Shown: positions 27,884 through 38,192 of the stretch, piece by piece
Layout: each line of letters begins with the position of its first letter
How positions within the stretch are numbered: the stretch's first letter is position 1
Source of the DNA: Candidatus Daviesbacteria bacterium
GTDB taxonomy: Bacteria; Patescibacteriota; Microgenomatia; Daviesbacterales; UBA10151
Assembly: GCA_027451625.1 (NCBI GenBank)
Contig: DAIDIY010000048.1
Span: 26,917-90,916, forward strand
DNA length: 64,000 nt
Direction: 5' to 3'
Notes under the pieces: model-generated
What the model saw: only the letters and a program-made list of their open reading frames with translations
Told to the model about the DNA's origin: nothing
Databases searched by the model: none
Position numbers and translations under genes: made by a program

Positions 27884-28978
27884 TTACTCTAAATAATCGC
27901 GCAGCTTTTTTGCTCGAGTGGGATGACGAAGTTTTCTTATAGCCTTAGCTTCAATCTGTCTGATTCTCTCTCTTGTGACCCCGAACTCTTTGCCTACTTC
28001 TTCCAGAGTTCGTTGTTTACCATCTTCCAGTCCAAATCTTAGCTGCAAAACTCTTTTTTCTCTTGGCGAGAGTGAGTCTAACACCTCATCTAAATCTCCT
28101 CGCAGTAATTCCTGAGCTGCTTGTTGGTCTGGTTTCAATCCTTGAGCTTCAATGAAATCTCCCAGTTCTGAATCTTCTTCATCTCCAATTTTTGTCGCAA
28201 GAGATGTCGGTTCTTGTGATACTTTAATAATCTCACGAGCTTTAGTAGCGTCTATTCCTAAGGCTTTTGCAACCTCTTCAGGTGTTGGTTCTCTACCTAA
28301 ATCTTGCATCAATTTTCTCTGTGCTCGATTAAAACGATTAATAGTCTCAACCATATGTACTGGAATCCTAATAGTTCTGGCTTGGTCCGCTAAAGCACGA
28401 GTAATAGCTTGTCTTATCCACCAAGTAGCATAAGTTGAGAACTTAAAACCTCGTCTCCAATCATATTTCTCAACGGCCCTCATAAGCCCCATATTCCCCT
28501 CTTCAATTAAATCTAGCAGACTCATTCCTCGACCTACATATTTTTTGGCAATTGAAACAACCAGCCTTAAATTAGCACTAATAAGCCTATCTTTAGCTCT
28601 CCTATCTCCTTTTTCACTTTTTTTAGCAAGCTCTATCTCTTCTGCAGCAGTCAACAAAGATACTCTTCCAATCTCTCTTAAATATTGCCTAACCGGATCT
28701 GAAACATATCCTTCCTCAAGAGAAGCTAGCATTTCTAGTTCTTTTTCTAAATCTGTTGCACCTTTCTCATCGTCAGCAACCTCTTCTGCAGTACTCTCGA
28801 AGACATCAACACCTGAATCAATTAGCTTGAGATAAAAATTATCTAGTTCTTCAATCTTTTCTTCAGGCTTAGGGAAAATCTGCAAAATCTCTTCTTGAGT
28901 CACGAAACCTCGGTCTCTTCCCATTTGTAATAGTTTTTTTTCATCTAGTTGTGCACTTCTTTGTTGACTTTTATTCAT
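27884..28978 (-). CDS. rpoD: RNA polymerase primary sigma factor
   Basis: [53 protein letters not shown]. Confidence 0.97.
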   Translation of the reverse strand: MNKSQQRSAQLDEKKLLQMGRDRGFVTQEEILQIFPKPEEKIEELDNFYLKLIDSGVDVFESTAEEVADDEKGATDLEKELEMLASLEEGYVSDPVRQYLREIGRVSLLTAAEEIELAKKSEKGDRRAKDRLISANLRLVVSIAKKYVGRGMSLLDLIEEGNMGLMRAVEKYDWRRGFKFSTYATWWIRQAITRALADQARTIRIPVHMVETINRFNRAQRKLMQDLGREPTPEEVAKALGIDATKAREIIKVSQEPTSLATKIGDEEDSELGDFIEAQGLKPDQQAAQELLRGDLDEVLDSLSPREKRVLQLRFGLEDGKQRTLEEVGKEFGVTRERIRQIEAKAIRKLRHPTRAKKLRDYLE

Positions 28979-28982
28979 ATAA

Positions 28983-30746
28983 TTAACTCTTTAATTTTAA
29001 AGATAAATCACGGAAACGTTTATTCAACGCTTCAAGTTGCTCTATTTTACCAAATGTTTGAGCATTTTTAATATCGGCAGCTAATTTTTCTAAAGACGAC
29101 TTCACTAAGGCTTTTTTCAACTCTGATACTACAACTTGAACTTCATCTTGCCAAGCCTTTGACTGCAAGATCTTTTCATTAATTTCCATTAAGTATAGCT
29201 TATCTACGATACCAATAAACTCCTGAGGCAGTGTTTTAACAAAATCAGCAATCGAAAATACTCTCCCTTTAAAAGAAATCGAATCTAAATATAGCACACA
29301 AAGGACATATATGGAACGGTTAATATTAGATTGAAATAAAGTCTCAGGGAAATTTGGTACAAATGTAAGCTCATCAGGTATATGCAAGAGTAAAGAGAGA
29401 AGATATTCTTCCAGTAGTTCTCGTCTACTCCTAAGAGTTTTTTCTGATTCTTCTACACTATCTATTTTTTTATAACTTATTTTATCTACTTTTATCTTTT
29501 TTATTTCATTCTTCAAAATTTCTTCCGAAAGGCCTAATAAAGCAGAAAGTTTTTGCAAATAATGATCAAATACTAAAGGATCTGAGATCTTTCTCCAGAT
29601 TGGAAATAGCTCTTCACTCATCTTGCGTCTATCTTCTACCTTATTTCTATTAAAGCGGTCTGCTGCCGAACGTAAATAATAATCATAGATAGGTTCTGCC
29701 TCCTCTACCACTTTATGCCATTTAGATTGGTCTTTCTTCGCCAATTCTGCCGGATCTTTACCTTCCTCAATTCGAATAACCTTAATATTCATTCCTGCTT
29801 CATCCGCAATTTCAATTCCCCGTCGAGAAGCAATTTCACCCGCTTTATCCATGTCAAAACTTAAAATTAAAGTCTGTGTATAATTCTTTAATAAATCTAT
29901 TTGGCCAGAAGTCAGCGCAGTCCCTTTGGAAGCAACTACATTTTTAACTCCACTTTGATAAGATAAAATCATATCCATCTCGCCTTCTGTTAAGATAGCA
30001 GAACCTTGAGATCTAATTTCATTTTTAGTTAGATTAAGACCAAACAAAAAATGACTTTTATCAAAAATTAAGGTCTGAGGAGTATTTACATATTTAGGTT
30101 CACCTTTATCTAACACTCTTCCCGCAAAACCTATGACCAAACCTTTTTGGTCGATAAGAGGAAAAATTATACGTCCTCTAAAACGATCATAGCATCCTCT
30201 TTTTGAAGGCACCGCAAGTCCTGAATCTATTAATTCATCATTAGAAAACCCCCGTTTGTTAGCAAAAAGGGTTAATGAATCCCAGGAGTTAGGCGCATAA
30301 CCTAATTGAAAAGTTTCTATTGTTTCTTTGGTTAATCCTCGATCCAATAAATAAGCTAAAGCCTTTTTGCCTAGCTTATGATTTAAAAGAAGATAATTAA
30401 AAAACTCTACTGCTTTAAGATTAAGGTCTAATAATTTACTCTTTTTGTCTTTACTAATATCCTTAGATCTTTTTAAAACTACTCCAGACTTTTTAGCTAA
30501 AATTTCCAACGCTTCTGGAAAGGTTAGAGCTTCTTTCTCCATTAAGAACTTAAAGACATCTCCGCCCTTACTACAACCAAAACAATGCCAAATAGCTCTT
30601 TCGGGGGAGACCACAAATGAGGGTGTATTTTCTTGATGAAAAGGACAGTTTGCTTTAAAATTAACTCCAGATTTTTTAAGAGGAAAGTACTCCTGGATAA
30701 AATCAACAATATTTATCCTTTTTTTTATTTCTTCGAGGTCATCCAT
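28983..30746 (-). CDS. dnaG: DNA primase
   Basis: [11 protein letters not shown]...CFGC zinc finger, [27 protein letters not shown]. Confidence 0.97.
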   Translation of the reverse strand: MDDLEEIKKRINIVDFIQEYFPLKKSGVNFKANCPFHQENTPSFVVSPERAIWHCFGCSKGGDVFKFLMEKEALTFPEALEILAKKSGVVLKRSKDISKDKKSKLLDLNLKAVEFFNYLLLNHKLGKKALAYLLDRGLTKETIETFQLGYAPNSWDSLTLFANKRGFSNDELIDSGLAVPSKRGCYDRFRGRIIFPLIDQKGLVIGFAGRVLDKGEPKYVNTPQTLIFDKSHFLFGLNLTKNEIRSQGSAILTEGEMDMILSYQSGVKNVVASKGTALTSGQIDLLKNYTQTLILSFDMDKAGEIASRRGIEIADEAGMNIKVIRIEEGKDPAELAKKDQSKWHKVVEEAEPIYDYYLRSAADRFNRNKVEDRRKMSEELFPIWRKISDPLVFDHYLQKLSALLGLSEEILKNEIKKIKVDKISYKKIDSVEESEKTLRSRRELLEEYLLSLLLHIPDELTFVPNFPETLFQSNINRSIYVLCVLYLDSISFKGRVFSIADFVKTLPQEFIGIVDKLYLMEINEKILQSKAWQDEVQVVVSELKKALVKSSLEKLAADIKNAQTFGKIEQLEALNKRFRDLSLKLKS

Positions 30747-30801
30747 AGCATTACAATGATCTTATCGCCCGCTTTGCAAAGCCATAAGGTATTGTGGGCA
30801 G

Positions 30802-30830
30802 ATTTTACACCTAACAAAGCCCGAAGTCAA
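30802..30830 (-). promoter_or_regulatory. Sigma70-type promoter of dnaG-rpoD
   Basis: Minus strand TTGACT-17 nt-TAAAAT. Confidence 0.6.
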
Positions 30831-30997
30831 CGCAATCAATATAAGTAATTAGCACAGACAGACAAGCTGATTTAAAATTTCTAACAAAAATATTCAAATC
30901 CAGATATTTGCTCAAAAATAAACATTACGTTATCATAACGGGTAATTGAGTCCAAAATTCAAAATTGTTTAAAATTAAATAATCTTAAATTTTTAAT

Positions 30998-31087
30998 GGA
31001 GAGATGCAAGAGTGGTTTAATTGGCAGTCCTGGAAAGACTGTGTGCGGGTGACCGTACCGTGGGTTCGAATCCCACTCTCTCCGCCA
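30998..31087 (+). tRNA. tRNA-Ser(GGA)
   Basis: CAGTC-CTGGAAA-GACTG anticodon arm, long variable arm, encoded CCA. Confidence 0.95.
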
Positions 31088-31129
31088 GGTATAATTGTGA
31101 ATTAATACTTAATTTATTATAATTTTTAT

Positions 31130-31690
31130 TTAAAAAGAAATAGAAATTTTTAAAAGGTATTCTTTATTACCCGAACCTCCTCTAATAGGAGAATCCATCA
31201 CCTTTTCTACTTCAAAATTAAGTTCTTTTATTTTCCTTAAGCTTTCATCTTTTATTTCCTCCGCCACATCATCTGCCAATAACCCTTTTTTCAACAAATT
31301 TACACGGGCTTCATACTGGGGTTTAAGTAATGCAATAATAATAGCTTTAGACTTAACGAAATTTTTTATAACTGGAAGAACCTTTTCCATCCTCGTCCAG
31401 CCTGCATCTATTGTAACTAGATCTACCTTTTCTGGTAAGGTTGTTAAATGCAATATATTAGTCCGTTCCAGAACTGTAACTTTTGGATTTGTTCTTAATT
31501 TCCATGACAGTTCTCCGTAAGAGGTATCCACTGCATAAACCCTGGATGCTCCGTACTGAATCAGACAATCAACAAAACCACCAGTCGAAGATCCAATATC
31601 CAAACAAAGTAGATTATTGATATCTAATTTCCATTTTTCAATTGCCCCTTGGAGTTTGATTCCCCCTCTAGAAACAAAAACTTTATTCAT
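31130..31690 (-). CDS. tlyA: TlyA family rRNA 2'-O-methyltransferase (lacking the S4 domain)
   Basis: FVSRGGIKL, LDIGSSTGGF, KPQYEA, SPIRGGSGNKEYL. Confidence 0.85.
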   Translation of the reverse strand: MNKVFVSRGGIKLQGAIEKWKLDINNLLCLDIGSSTGGFVDCLIQYGASRVYAVDTSYGELSWKLRTNPKVTVLERTNILHLTTLPEKVDLVTIDAGWTRMEKVLPVIKNFVKSKAIIIALLKPQYEARVNLLKKGLLADDVAEEIKDESLRKIKELNFEVEKVMDSPIRGGSGNKEYLLKISISF

Positions 31691-32111
31691 TTAAGATTTC
31701 CTTTGCCAGCCTTAAAAATTCTTTATCCTTGGAAAAACTTAAGGTCTGTAATGCCTCATCAAAAGACAACCAGACGGCTTCAGAGATCTCTTCTTCCTGA
31801 CGTTTAACATCACCACCTGCATACTCCATTAGAAAGATTATCACTATTTTAAATATTTTTTGACCTTCCCTCTCAAAAACATATTTTGACTCTCCTAATT
31901 TAGAAACTACTGTTGCCTCCACTCCAGTTTCTTCTCTAACTTCTCTATTTGCAGCTCCTTCGCTGGATTCGTTTTCTTCTATATGACCTTTAGGAAACCC
32001 CCAATAACTAACTCCCGCATGTGCTATCGAAGAATTTTTTATCAACAAAAAATAGAACTTATCTCCTTTTTTATAAAAAACTACACCCCCAGCAGAAACT
32101 TCTCTTCTCAT
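31683..32111 (-). CDS. NUDIX hydrolase (Ap4A hydrolase-like)
   Basis: SAGGVV, WGFPKGHIE..E....AANREVREETG; start moved to MRREVS. Confidence 0.9.
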   Translation of the reverse strand: MRREVSAGGVVFYKKGDKFYFLLIKNSSIAHAGVSYWGFPKGHIEENESSEGAANREVREETGVEATVVSKLGESKYVFEREGQKIFKIVIIFLMEYAGGDVKRQEEEISEAVWLSFDEALQTLSFSKDKEFLRLAKEILNE

Positions 32112-32141
32112 ATAGTCCTTATTAGATTTATAACTATCCAG

Positions 32142-32213
32142 TGCCCCTGGCGGGAATCGAACCCGCATATCGGGATCCGGAATCCCGTGGTCTATCCATT
32201 AGCCTACAGAGGC
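32142..32213 (-). tRNA. tRNA-Arg(CCG)
   Basis: CGGGA-TTCCGGA-TCCCG anticodon arm, GGTTCGATTCC. Confidence 0.93.
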
Positions 32214-32220
32214 AAAAAAG

Positions 32221-32309
32221 CGGAGGAGGTGGGATTCGAACCCACGGTCACCTAAAAGGCGACAGCCGCTTTCGAAACGGCCCCGTTACAACCACTTCGG
32301 TACTCCTCC
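32221..32309 (-). tRNA. tRNA-Ser(CGA)
   Basis: GCCGT-TTCGAAA-GCGGC anticodon arm, long variable arm, G73. Confidence 0.93.
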
Positions 32310-32609
32310 AAGAACTATCTAAGTTTACCATAAGCTTAAAACTAACAAGCCGTCTTTTGAGAAACTCCGATAGAATCTGTTTTGAGAAACTAAGTAGAGA
32401 CTACAATTTTTTTATTTTTATAATGAAGCGCAAACCCTATATAGCAATGTTAGATCAGGCTAATAAGATAGTATATAAATTTATGTACAGATTTTCTCAT
32501 CGAGAACATATTGATCTCTTTATTGATACTTGCTAAATACTTTAAATTCCGTATCTGTAAACTGTAATTACTACTATTCGTATAGTTATAATAAGACCAT
32601 CCAATCCTG

Positions 32610-32682
32610 TGCGCCCGGCGGGAGTCGAACCCACAACCGTCAGATCCGCAATCTGATGCTCTATCCATTAAGCTACGGGCGC
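32610..32682 (-). tRNA. tRNA-Arg(GCG)
   Basis: TCAGA-TTGCGGA-TCTGA anticodon arm, GGTTCGACTCC. Confidence 0.93.
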
Positions 32683-32744
32683 CAACAGGGACAATTTTAG
32701 CATAAAAGTAGATCAAAATAGAATTTCAAATAATCTTAATTTAT

Positions 32745-33323
32745 TTATACGCTGACTCGATGGGGATTTTCCAGGGGAAAATGCTTTTGAATGCTTTCCG
32801 CCCATCTATCAAACATTGTTTTAGGAGGAATTTCGTGAAAAGGGATAAACCGAGCAATAATCTCTTTGACAGCATCTTCATTTAAATCTCCAGGCATTAA
32901 AATTAGCTCTCCAGGAAAGCGTAAGTGAGTCCAAATGTGTATTAATCTATATCCATCTTTATCAGCAAACCAAAATGAATCAAGAACTTCCCAAAGATAA
33001 AAATGGTCTCCGATTGTCACCCCTTGAGTTGATACTTTATAAGGGATACTCTCAGGTTGCACATATGCTAAAACAAAAGTTATGAATGCAACCGCAAGGA
33101 TTGCTCCTATCAAAAGCATCTCATTAATTAAAAACGAAATTAGAGTTAGCAGTACTACAATTATCATAATAGTAGTGTAGTAAGATCTGTCCTTCCTACG
33201 ATAAGGTCTTGCTGGTGCTTGCCAGGAGAGGAGTGTTCTAACTGGCAAATCTGAGGCATAGCTGCTTATTTGTATCGAGGAGGGCAAAGAAGATTTGTTT
33301 TCTTTAACAAAGACTTTGGGCAT
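32745..33323 (-). CDS. Conserved two-TM membrane protein (CPR-type, DUF5673-like)
   Basis: LLSWQAPARPY, two TMs, then GVTIGDHFYLW..LDSFWF. Confidence 0.65.
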   Translation of the reverse strand: MPKVFVKENKSSLPSSIQISSYASDLPVRTLLSWQAPARPYRRKDRSYYTTIMIIVVLLTLISFLINEMLLIGAILAVAFITFVLAYVQPESIPYKVSTQGVTIGDHFYLWEVLDSFWFADKDGYRLIHIWTHLRFPGELILMPGDLNEDAVKEIIARFIPFHEIPPKTMFDRWAESIQKHFPLENPHRVSV

Positions 33324-33416
33324 ATCCTTAGTGTACTTTGGATAACAGCTAGTGTACAGAGACTACTTGAATACAAACACTAAATCTTAAGTTAAAGTTA
33401 ACTGACAATTATCATG

Positions 33417-33803
33417 TGGAGACGGAGGGAGTGACCCTCGTGTGAACTTACAAAATAAAAACACCTACAAGCTTAGCTGATATATTTATAAGTAAAAGAT
33501 GTAACCTATCAGCAGGAAATCATTTACTTGATTCAATATTCTTAATAATCTCAGTTGAATCTGACCAAAATTACTGCATTCTGACTGTTGTACGTATTCT
33601 AAGCTTCCGCCAGAAAAGAAATTCTTAGAATACCGTTATGCTGCTAACGCGTATCCAACTTGAGGCTGGACTAACGCCGCAAACATTTCGGATGCTTTAT
33701 TTTTTAGATTAGCATCTATTTTTGAAACAATATTTTACGAATAATGTTTCCTGTTCGGCTTGCAGTTTTTAAAGTGCGAAGTACATCGAATCTGTACGTC
33801 CCC
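33417..33803 (-). ncRNA. ssrA: tmRNA
   Basis: 5' GGGGACG / 3' CGTCTCCA with G3-U70; tag frame 33713-33636 ANLKNKASEMFAALVQPQVGYALAA*; smpB nearby. Confidence 0.93.
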
Positions 33804-33848
33804 GTAAGCATATTTTAACATATAAACAGCTGCACCTCAAGTAAATCT

Positions 33849-34572
33849 TGTAGTGTCACGACTTTTGATACAGTTTAACAAACTCAAATGGTGTTTTGTA
33901 ATCTAAAGCTTGATGAGGTCTCCACGTATTGTAGCTGTTAATGAATTCTTGTATCCACTGATTAAGCTGTCCAATATGCTCAGGTCTATTCTCCAGCCAG
34001 TAGTAGAACTCATCTTGATCAGTCCTGAATGACCTTTCAATGACTGCATATTCGAAAACTGTAAAAGGTAATCCACCTAGCTCTGGAGTAACATGTTTAG
34101 TATCCATTTGTAGATAACCTAATGATTTAGTATTTCTTGGCCTCATAGCATGACCATTCTGGAATTTAGGTCTTCTGTATTGTACCTGTTTTGTTATTAA
34201 GTTTTTGTTTTTTAGCAGTCTATGGATTGTTCTCCATGAAGCAGATACACCATCTACATAAGCTAGCTCTCTTGCTGCTACATGTTTTCTACTTCTGATT
34301 TTGATCAACTTTTCAGCCTCCAAAACAGATATTTTGTAATTGATAGTTTTGGGTCTGGTAGATCTTCTCCTCAATCCTCTAGTAGTCAAATGTAATCTGT
34401 TATGAACAGATTTAGCTCTTTTGATCCATCTGTAAACAGTCGGTCTTGATATACCGAGATCTCTGGAAGTTTTAGTAATGGAATTACTCTCTTTAAATGA
34501 ATAAATAATTTCTTTAACTTCAATTCGTTTCATACATTCATTACTAGTGTAACAAATGTCATGTCACCTTAA
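33849..34572 (-). mobile_element. Degenerate IS481-family element
   Basis: Imperfect inverted ends TGTAGTGTCACGACTTTTGATACA (33849) and TGTAACAAATGTCATGTCACCTTA (34548) flank an HTH+rve transposase. Confidence 0.75.
33856..34533 (-). pseudogene. IS481-type transposase with an internal deletion of the DDE core
   Basis: HTH (ISRPTVYRWIKR), QMDTK, then directly ERSFRTD and YNTWRPHQAL; the DNGxEF segment is absent. Confidence 0.75.
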
Positions 34573-34709
34573 GGGAAATTGGAAGCTGAATCCGACACAG
34601 GATCATAAGATAAAACAATTAGCCTTAATAATAACTTAGATAAAGCAGTCCACGGCTAGCGAATATCATTAAGCGATGATATACTAAAGAATGTCATTTA
34701 GGCGTAACA

Positions 34710-34794
34710 GGAGGGGTCGCATAGTGGTCTAGTGCGGCGGTCTTGAAAACCGCTGTGTCGTAAGGCACCGTGAGTTCGAATCTCACCCCCTCCG
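34710..34794 (+). tRNA. tRNA-Ser(TGA)
   Basis: GCGGT-CTTGAAA-ACCGC anticodon arm, long variable arm. Confidence 0.94.
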
Positions 34795-34847
34795 CCTAAA
34801 AAAGACTTTTGGTTGAAAATACTAGTTGGAGTAAATTTGTAGAATCA

Positions 34848-34935
34848 GGAGAGGTCGCATAGTTGGTCTAGTGCGGCGCAGTGCTAATGCGCTGTCCGAG
34901 AAATCGGACCGTGGGTTCGAATCCCACCCTCTCCG
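34848..34935 (+). tRNA. tRNA-Ser(GCT)
   Basis: GCGCA-GTGCTAA-TGCGC anticodon arm, long variable arm. Confidence 0.92.
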
Positions 34936-34958
34936 CTTTGATATTGAATTTTCTCAAT

Positions 34959-35399
34959 TTATATTTTACCTCTCAATTCTTGCTCAATTCGACGCAAATG
35001 GTCGCGATCTTTAAGTGCTTTTCTTTTATCAAATTCCCTTTTGCTTTTACCTACCCCTAACTGTAATTTAATAAAATTATTCTTATCGTAGAAAGATAAG
35101 GGAACAAGGACCATCTTACCTCCAGATATTTTACCAATAAGAGTCTTAATTTGATCTTCATGTAATAATAATTTACGACTCCTACTTGGGGTATAACCTT
35201 CAATATGAGAGTTTTTATAAAGAGGTATATTCGCATTAACTAAAAATACTTCCCCACTAATAATTCGAGCAAAACTCTGGCCTAGATCAGCTCGACCTTG
35301 TCTTAAAGATTTCACTTCTGAACCAAGTAAGACAACTCCTGTCTCTATTGATTCTAGAATATGATAATTCCTATAAGCTTCTTTGTTAACGATTCGCAT
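34959..35399 (-). CDS. smpB: SsrA-binding protein
   Basis: NKEAYRNY, ETGVVLLGSEVKSLR, RSRKLLLH, DKRKALK. Confidence 0.96.
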   Translation of the reverse strand: MRIVNKEAYRNYHILESIETGVVLLGSEVKSLRQGRADLGQSFARIISGEVFLVNANIPLYKNSHIEGYTPSRSRKLLLHEDQIKTLIGKISGGKMVLVPLSFYDKNNFIKLQLGVGKSKREFDKRKALKDRDHLRRIEQELRGKI

Positions 35400-35408
35400 A
35401 GTAATATT

Positions 35409-37232
35409 TTACTGCAAATCGATCCGGAATATCTTGCTGCCTTTAAGAAGATAGATTTTTTTATTATCTTCATCTACAGCTAAATCTGTAAAAGTTGCGA
35501 ATTTATCTCCTCTATATTGAGATTGGTAAACTCCTTTTTTGTCAACAATTAATAATCTGCTGTTCCCGCTATCCAGGATATAGACGTTATCACCATTTTC
35601 TGAAACAAAAAAACTAACAGGATGGTTGACATCTTTATCTAACCCTTGATAGGAGAAAAAATCAGATCCTCCTTCAGTAAATTTATCAATTCCTCCGTTG
35701 GCTTTTAAAACCCATATAGAAGAGTCAATTTGCATCTTTTTGCTCCCTAAGAATTGATCAGTAACTCCATTTAAATAACCAATTTTATCCGAATAACCAT
35801 CAGCAACAGGAACATACTTCCATATTTGATTCTTTAGCTCATCTAACAAATAGATGTTGTTTGCAAACCCAACCATATTGACTATTCCTCCCCAATCTTT
35901 ATCAAGTTTGATTGGATTCGAGATCTGATCATTCCCTAAATCAATATTTAACAATCCTTTTTGCTGTGAATATACCCATGCAGTACTACCATTTAAAGAT
36001 GCAAGAGAGGCATCACCTAATTTATCTTTTCCGGCTAAGATTTGAGGTGATTTGGTAGCAAGATCGACAGAGATAAGGTCACCATGGGTTGGATCTAAAA
36101 GCAGGAGATTACCATGAGATAAAGACATTTGCTGAGCCTCAAAGTTTGGTTTTAAAAGTGAGAGATCCAACCAGAGTGGAAAATTATTAACTTGATATAT
36201 CTTTAAAATCTGAGGAAACTTTTGATTAATTTCTGATTTTAATTCTTGTGCTTGCGAATTTTTTGGATCTATTACTGCTATTTGAGTTAATAATTTTTGA
36301 GCATTTTTTAAATCAGATAAAGCTTGCGCCTTACTCTCAGCTTTATTATTTGTTTTATTAATAGATATAGTAGCTGCTTTTATTAAATTAGAAATCTGAA
36401 TTTCTTTGTTTTTTTCAGCTTTATACTTTTTAAATCCTAAATACCCTCCCCCACAAATTATCAACAAAATAGCTACGATGATAGGTATTATTTTTTTTGG
36501 TTTAGAAGCTGGAATAAGAGTATCTGCTAGTACTGTAGGAAATTTTTGCATACCAGAGAAAACTTTCTCTGTTTTTGGTTGAGTTTCCATCCATTGAGCT
36601 ACTGGAACTTCATTATTCTCCTCTGAAGACTCTTCAATGATAATAGCTGTGATTGGATGAATTTCACCTTTAGGCAGTAGTTCTAAAGTCGCGTCTTCTA
36701 TCTCTTCTAATGGTATCTGTCTAATCTCTTCTAAACCATTTTTGAACAAAGGTAAAAAATCCTCGGTAGCCAAAACAATTCTATCTCCAGGGTGAATAAA
36801 TCCAGACAGAAGTTGTCCTTCTGGAGTCATCTCTGATAAGTTTGATGATTGATTTATCTTAGTAAGAAATATTTTTAAGCTTGTTCCAAATCTTAAAACA
36901 TACAATACTCGATCCAAAAGGTCTTCTTTTATAGTTGCCGCAACTACGAACTCCAGTTTGTCTACTTCCGGTAAATTTTGCTTAATAATCTCTTGCAACG
37001 CCGATAATCGCTCGGGGATAGACCTAGTCTCATCCAAATAGAACGATTCTTCTAGTAGAGGTAGCAGCTGACGAGTCTTTACAAATGCTTCCTCACCAGA
37101 AACTTTAGTTAAAAAGAACAACCTAATATCTAATTGCTTCCCCGAAGAATTAGATACTTGTTTTTGAAAAATATGAGACAAAGCTACTTCGAAGTCTGAA
37201 TTTAAACCAACAATCTTTTCTGCTCTTAACAT
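35409..37232 (-). CDS. Bitopic membrane protein: degenerate PP2C-like N-domain, TM, beta-propeller C-domain
   Basis: GDRIVLAT resembles PP2C-fold motifs; one TM; NIYLLD/NVYILD NHL-like repeats. Confidence 0.6.
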   Translation of the reverse strand: MLRAEKIVGLNSDFEVALSHIFQKQVSNSSGKQLDIRLFFLTKVSGEEAFVKTRQLLPLLEESFYLDETRSIPERLSALQEIIKQNLPEVDKLEFVVAATIKEDLLDRVLYVLRFGTSLKIFLTKINQSSNLSEMTPEGQLLSGFIHPGDRIVLATEDFLPLFKNGLEEIRQIPLEEIEDATLELLPKGEIHPITAIIIEESSEENNEVPVAQWMETQPKTEKVFSGMQKFPTVLADTLIPASKPKKIIPIIVAILLIICGGGYLGFKKYKAEKNKEIQISNLIKAATISINKTNNKAESKAQALSDLKNAQKLLTQIAVIDPKNSQAQELKSEINQKFPQILKIYQVNNFPLWLDLSLLKPNFEAQQMSLSHGNLLLLDPTHGDLISVDLATKSPQILAGKDKLGDASLASLNGSTAWVYSQQKGLLNIDLGNDQISNPIKLDKDWGGIVNMVGFANNIYLLDELKNQIWKYVPVADGYSDKIGYLNGVTDQFLGSKKMQIDSSIWVLKANGGIDKFTEGGSDFFSYQGLDKDVNHPVSFFVSENGDNVYILDSGNSRLLIVDKKGVYQSQYRGDKFATFTDLAVDEDNKKIYLLKGSKIFRIDLQ

Positions 37233-37290
37233 GATTAGTTTTTAAAAATAAACTTTTAATTCATACAGTTTATAAGAATATTCCTTCGAT

Positions 37291-37572
37291 TTACCTTTTA
37301 CCTGATAAATGTAAAAAATACAATATCTGAGAAGCGTCAAAGAAAAATCCTATAAATAACACGGTAACAAATACTGCAAGCGCTACATTAGCTAAGGCAA
37401 GGTTACGCAAAACACCTTTTGAATCAGTCTCTACAGTTTCTGTCATTCTATCTACTTCTGTAACAACTAATAAACTAAATAGAAAATATAAAAAAGCCAT
37501 AAGAATTGATACTAACCTTAATCCCGTCCAAGTATCTATAAGTAAGACCGAAAACACAGATGTAGTCTCCAT
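37291..37572 (-). CDS. Small two-TM membrane protein (DUF5657-like)
   Basis: LYFLFSLLVVTEVDRMTETV pattern. Confidence 0.55.
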   Translation of the reverse strand: METTSVFSVLLIDTWTGLRLVSILMAFLYFLFSLLVVTEVDRMTETVETDSKGVLRNLALANVALAVFVTVLFIGFFFDASQILYFLHLSGKR

Positions 37573-37576
37573 TATT

Positions 37577-38134
37577 TTATTTTTTCATACTCTCCTTAAG
37601 GCTTTGAATTCTATCCGCAACAAAAACGGGATCAGGAATTTTTACAAACTCTACACTCTGATTCTCTGCAGCTGTTTCCATAATTACATCACCAAAATTT
37701 AAAAAAGTCTCATTAAAGCCTTGTTGAACAGATTTTACACTTTGAATATCAGAGAGTTCAGCTTGAGTAATCTCCCTACGGAACAAATTATAAAAATGTA
37801 CTTGAATAATATGAAGGTTAGTCACAATATAACAATTGAAATACCAGTGCAGAAAACTTTGGAGTAAATAAAACATACTTAATAAATACCAGAGGATTGT
37901 TGCAGATATAATTATGTCCAAGGGTATAAATCGTAGTTCTGGCTTAAAAAAAATCCAAGCTAAATCTAATCCCAAAACTGGAATTAAAGACATAAATAGA
38001 AAACCAATAATCCAGTTAAGATTTGTTATCCAATATTGTCGTAAAAATATTTCAACTGTTTCACTATCCTCTACTTCAGAAAAATGAACTGAATCTGGTT
38101 TATCAAAAAGCGCAGGGAAAAAGGATAGATTCAT
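37577..38134 (-). CDS. Membrane protein with a bacterial PH domain
   Basis: Two TMs, YIVTNLHII, IQSV, NFGDVIMETAAE, IPDP. Confidence 0.75.
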   Translation of the reverse strand: MNLSFFPALFDKPDSVHFSEVEDSETVEIFLRQYWITNLNWIIGFLFMSLIPVLGLDLAWIFFKPELRFIPLDIIISATILWYLLSMFYLLQSFLHWYFNCYIVTNLHIIQVHFYNLFRREITQAELSDIQSVKSVQQGFNETFLNFGDVIMETAAENQSVEFVKIPDPVFVADRIQSLKESMKK

Positions 38135-38192
38135 CCTAATATGGATAATACCACTCTTGGTTTAAGGATTACAGCCACACAACCATTAATTG

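Noticed and set aside
34575-34700. GCTGAATCC as the start of a c-di-AMP riboswitch
   Set aside because: The other conserved elements are absent and the downstream gene is a tRNA
34824-34838. 15-mer AGTTGGAGTAAATTT shared with the region upstream of the riboswitch (about 50833-50847, minus strand)
   Set aside because: A single 15-nt match in an AT-rich 64-kb window is plausible by chance; both may simply be -10 regions
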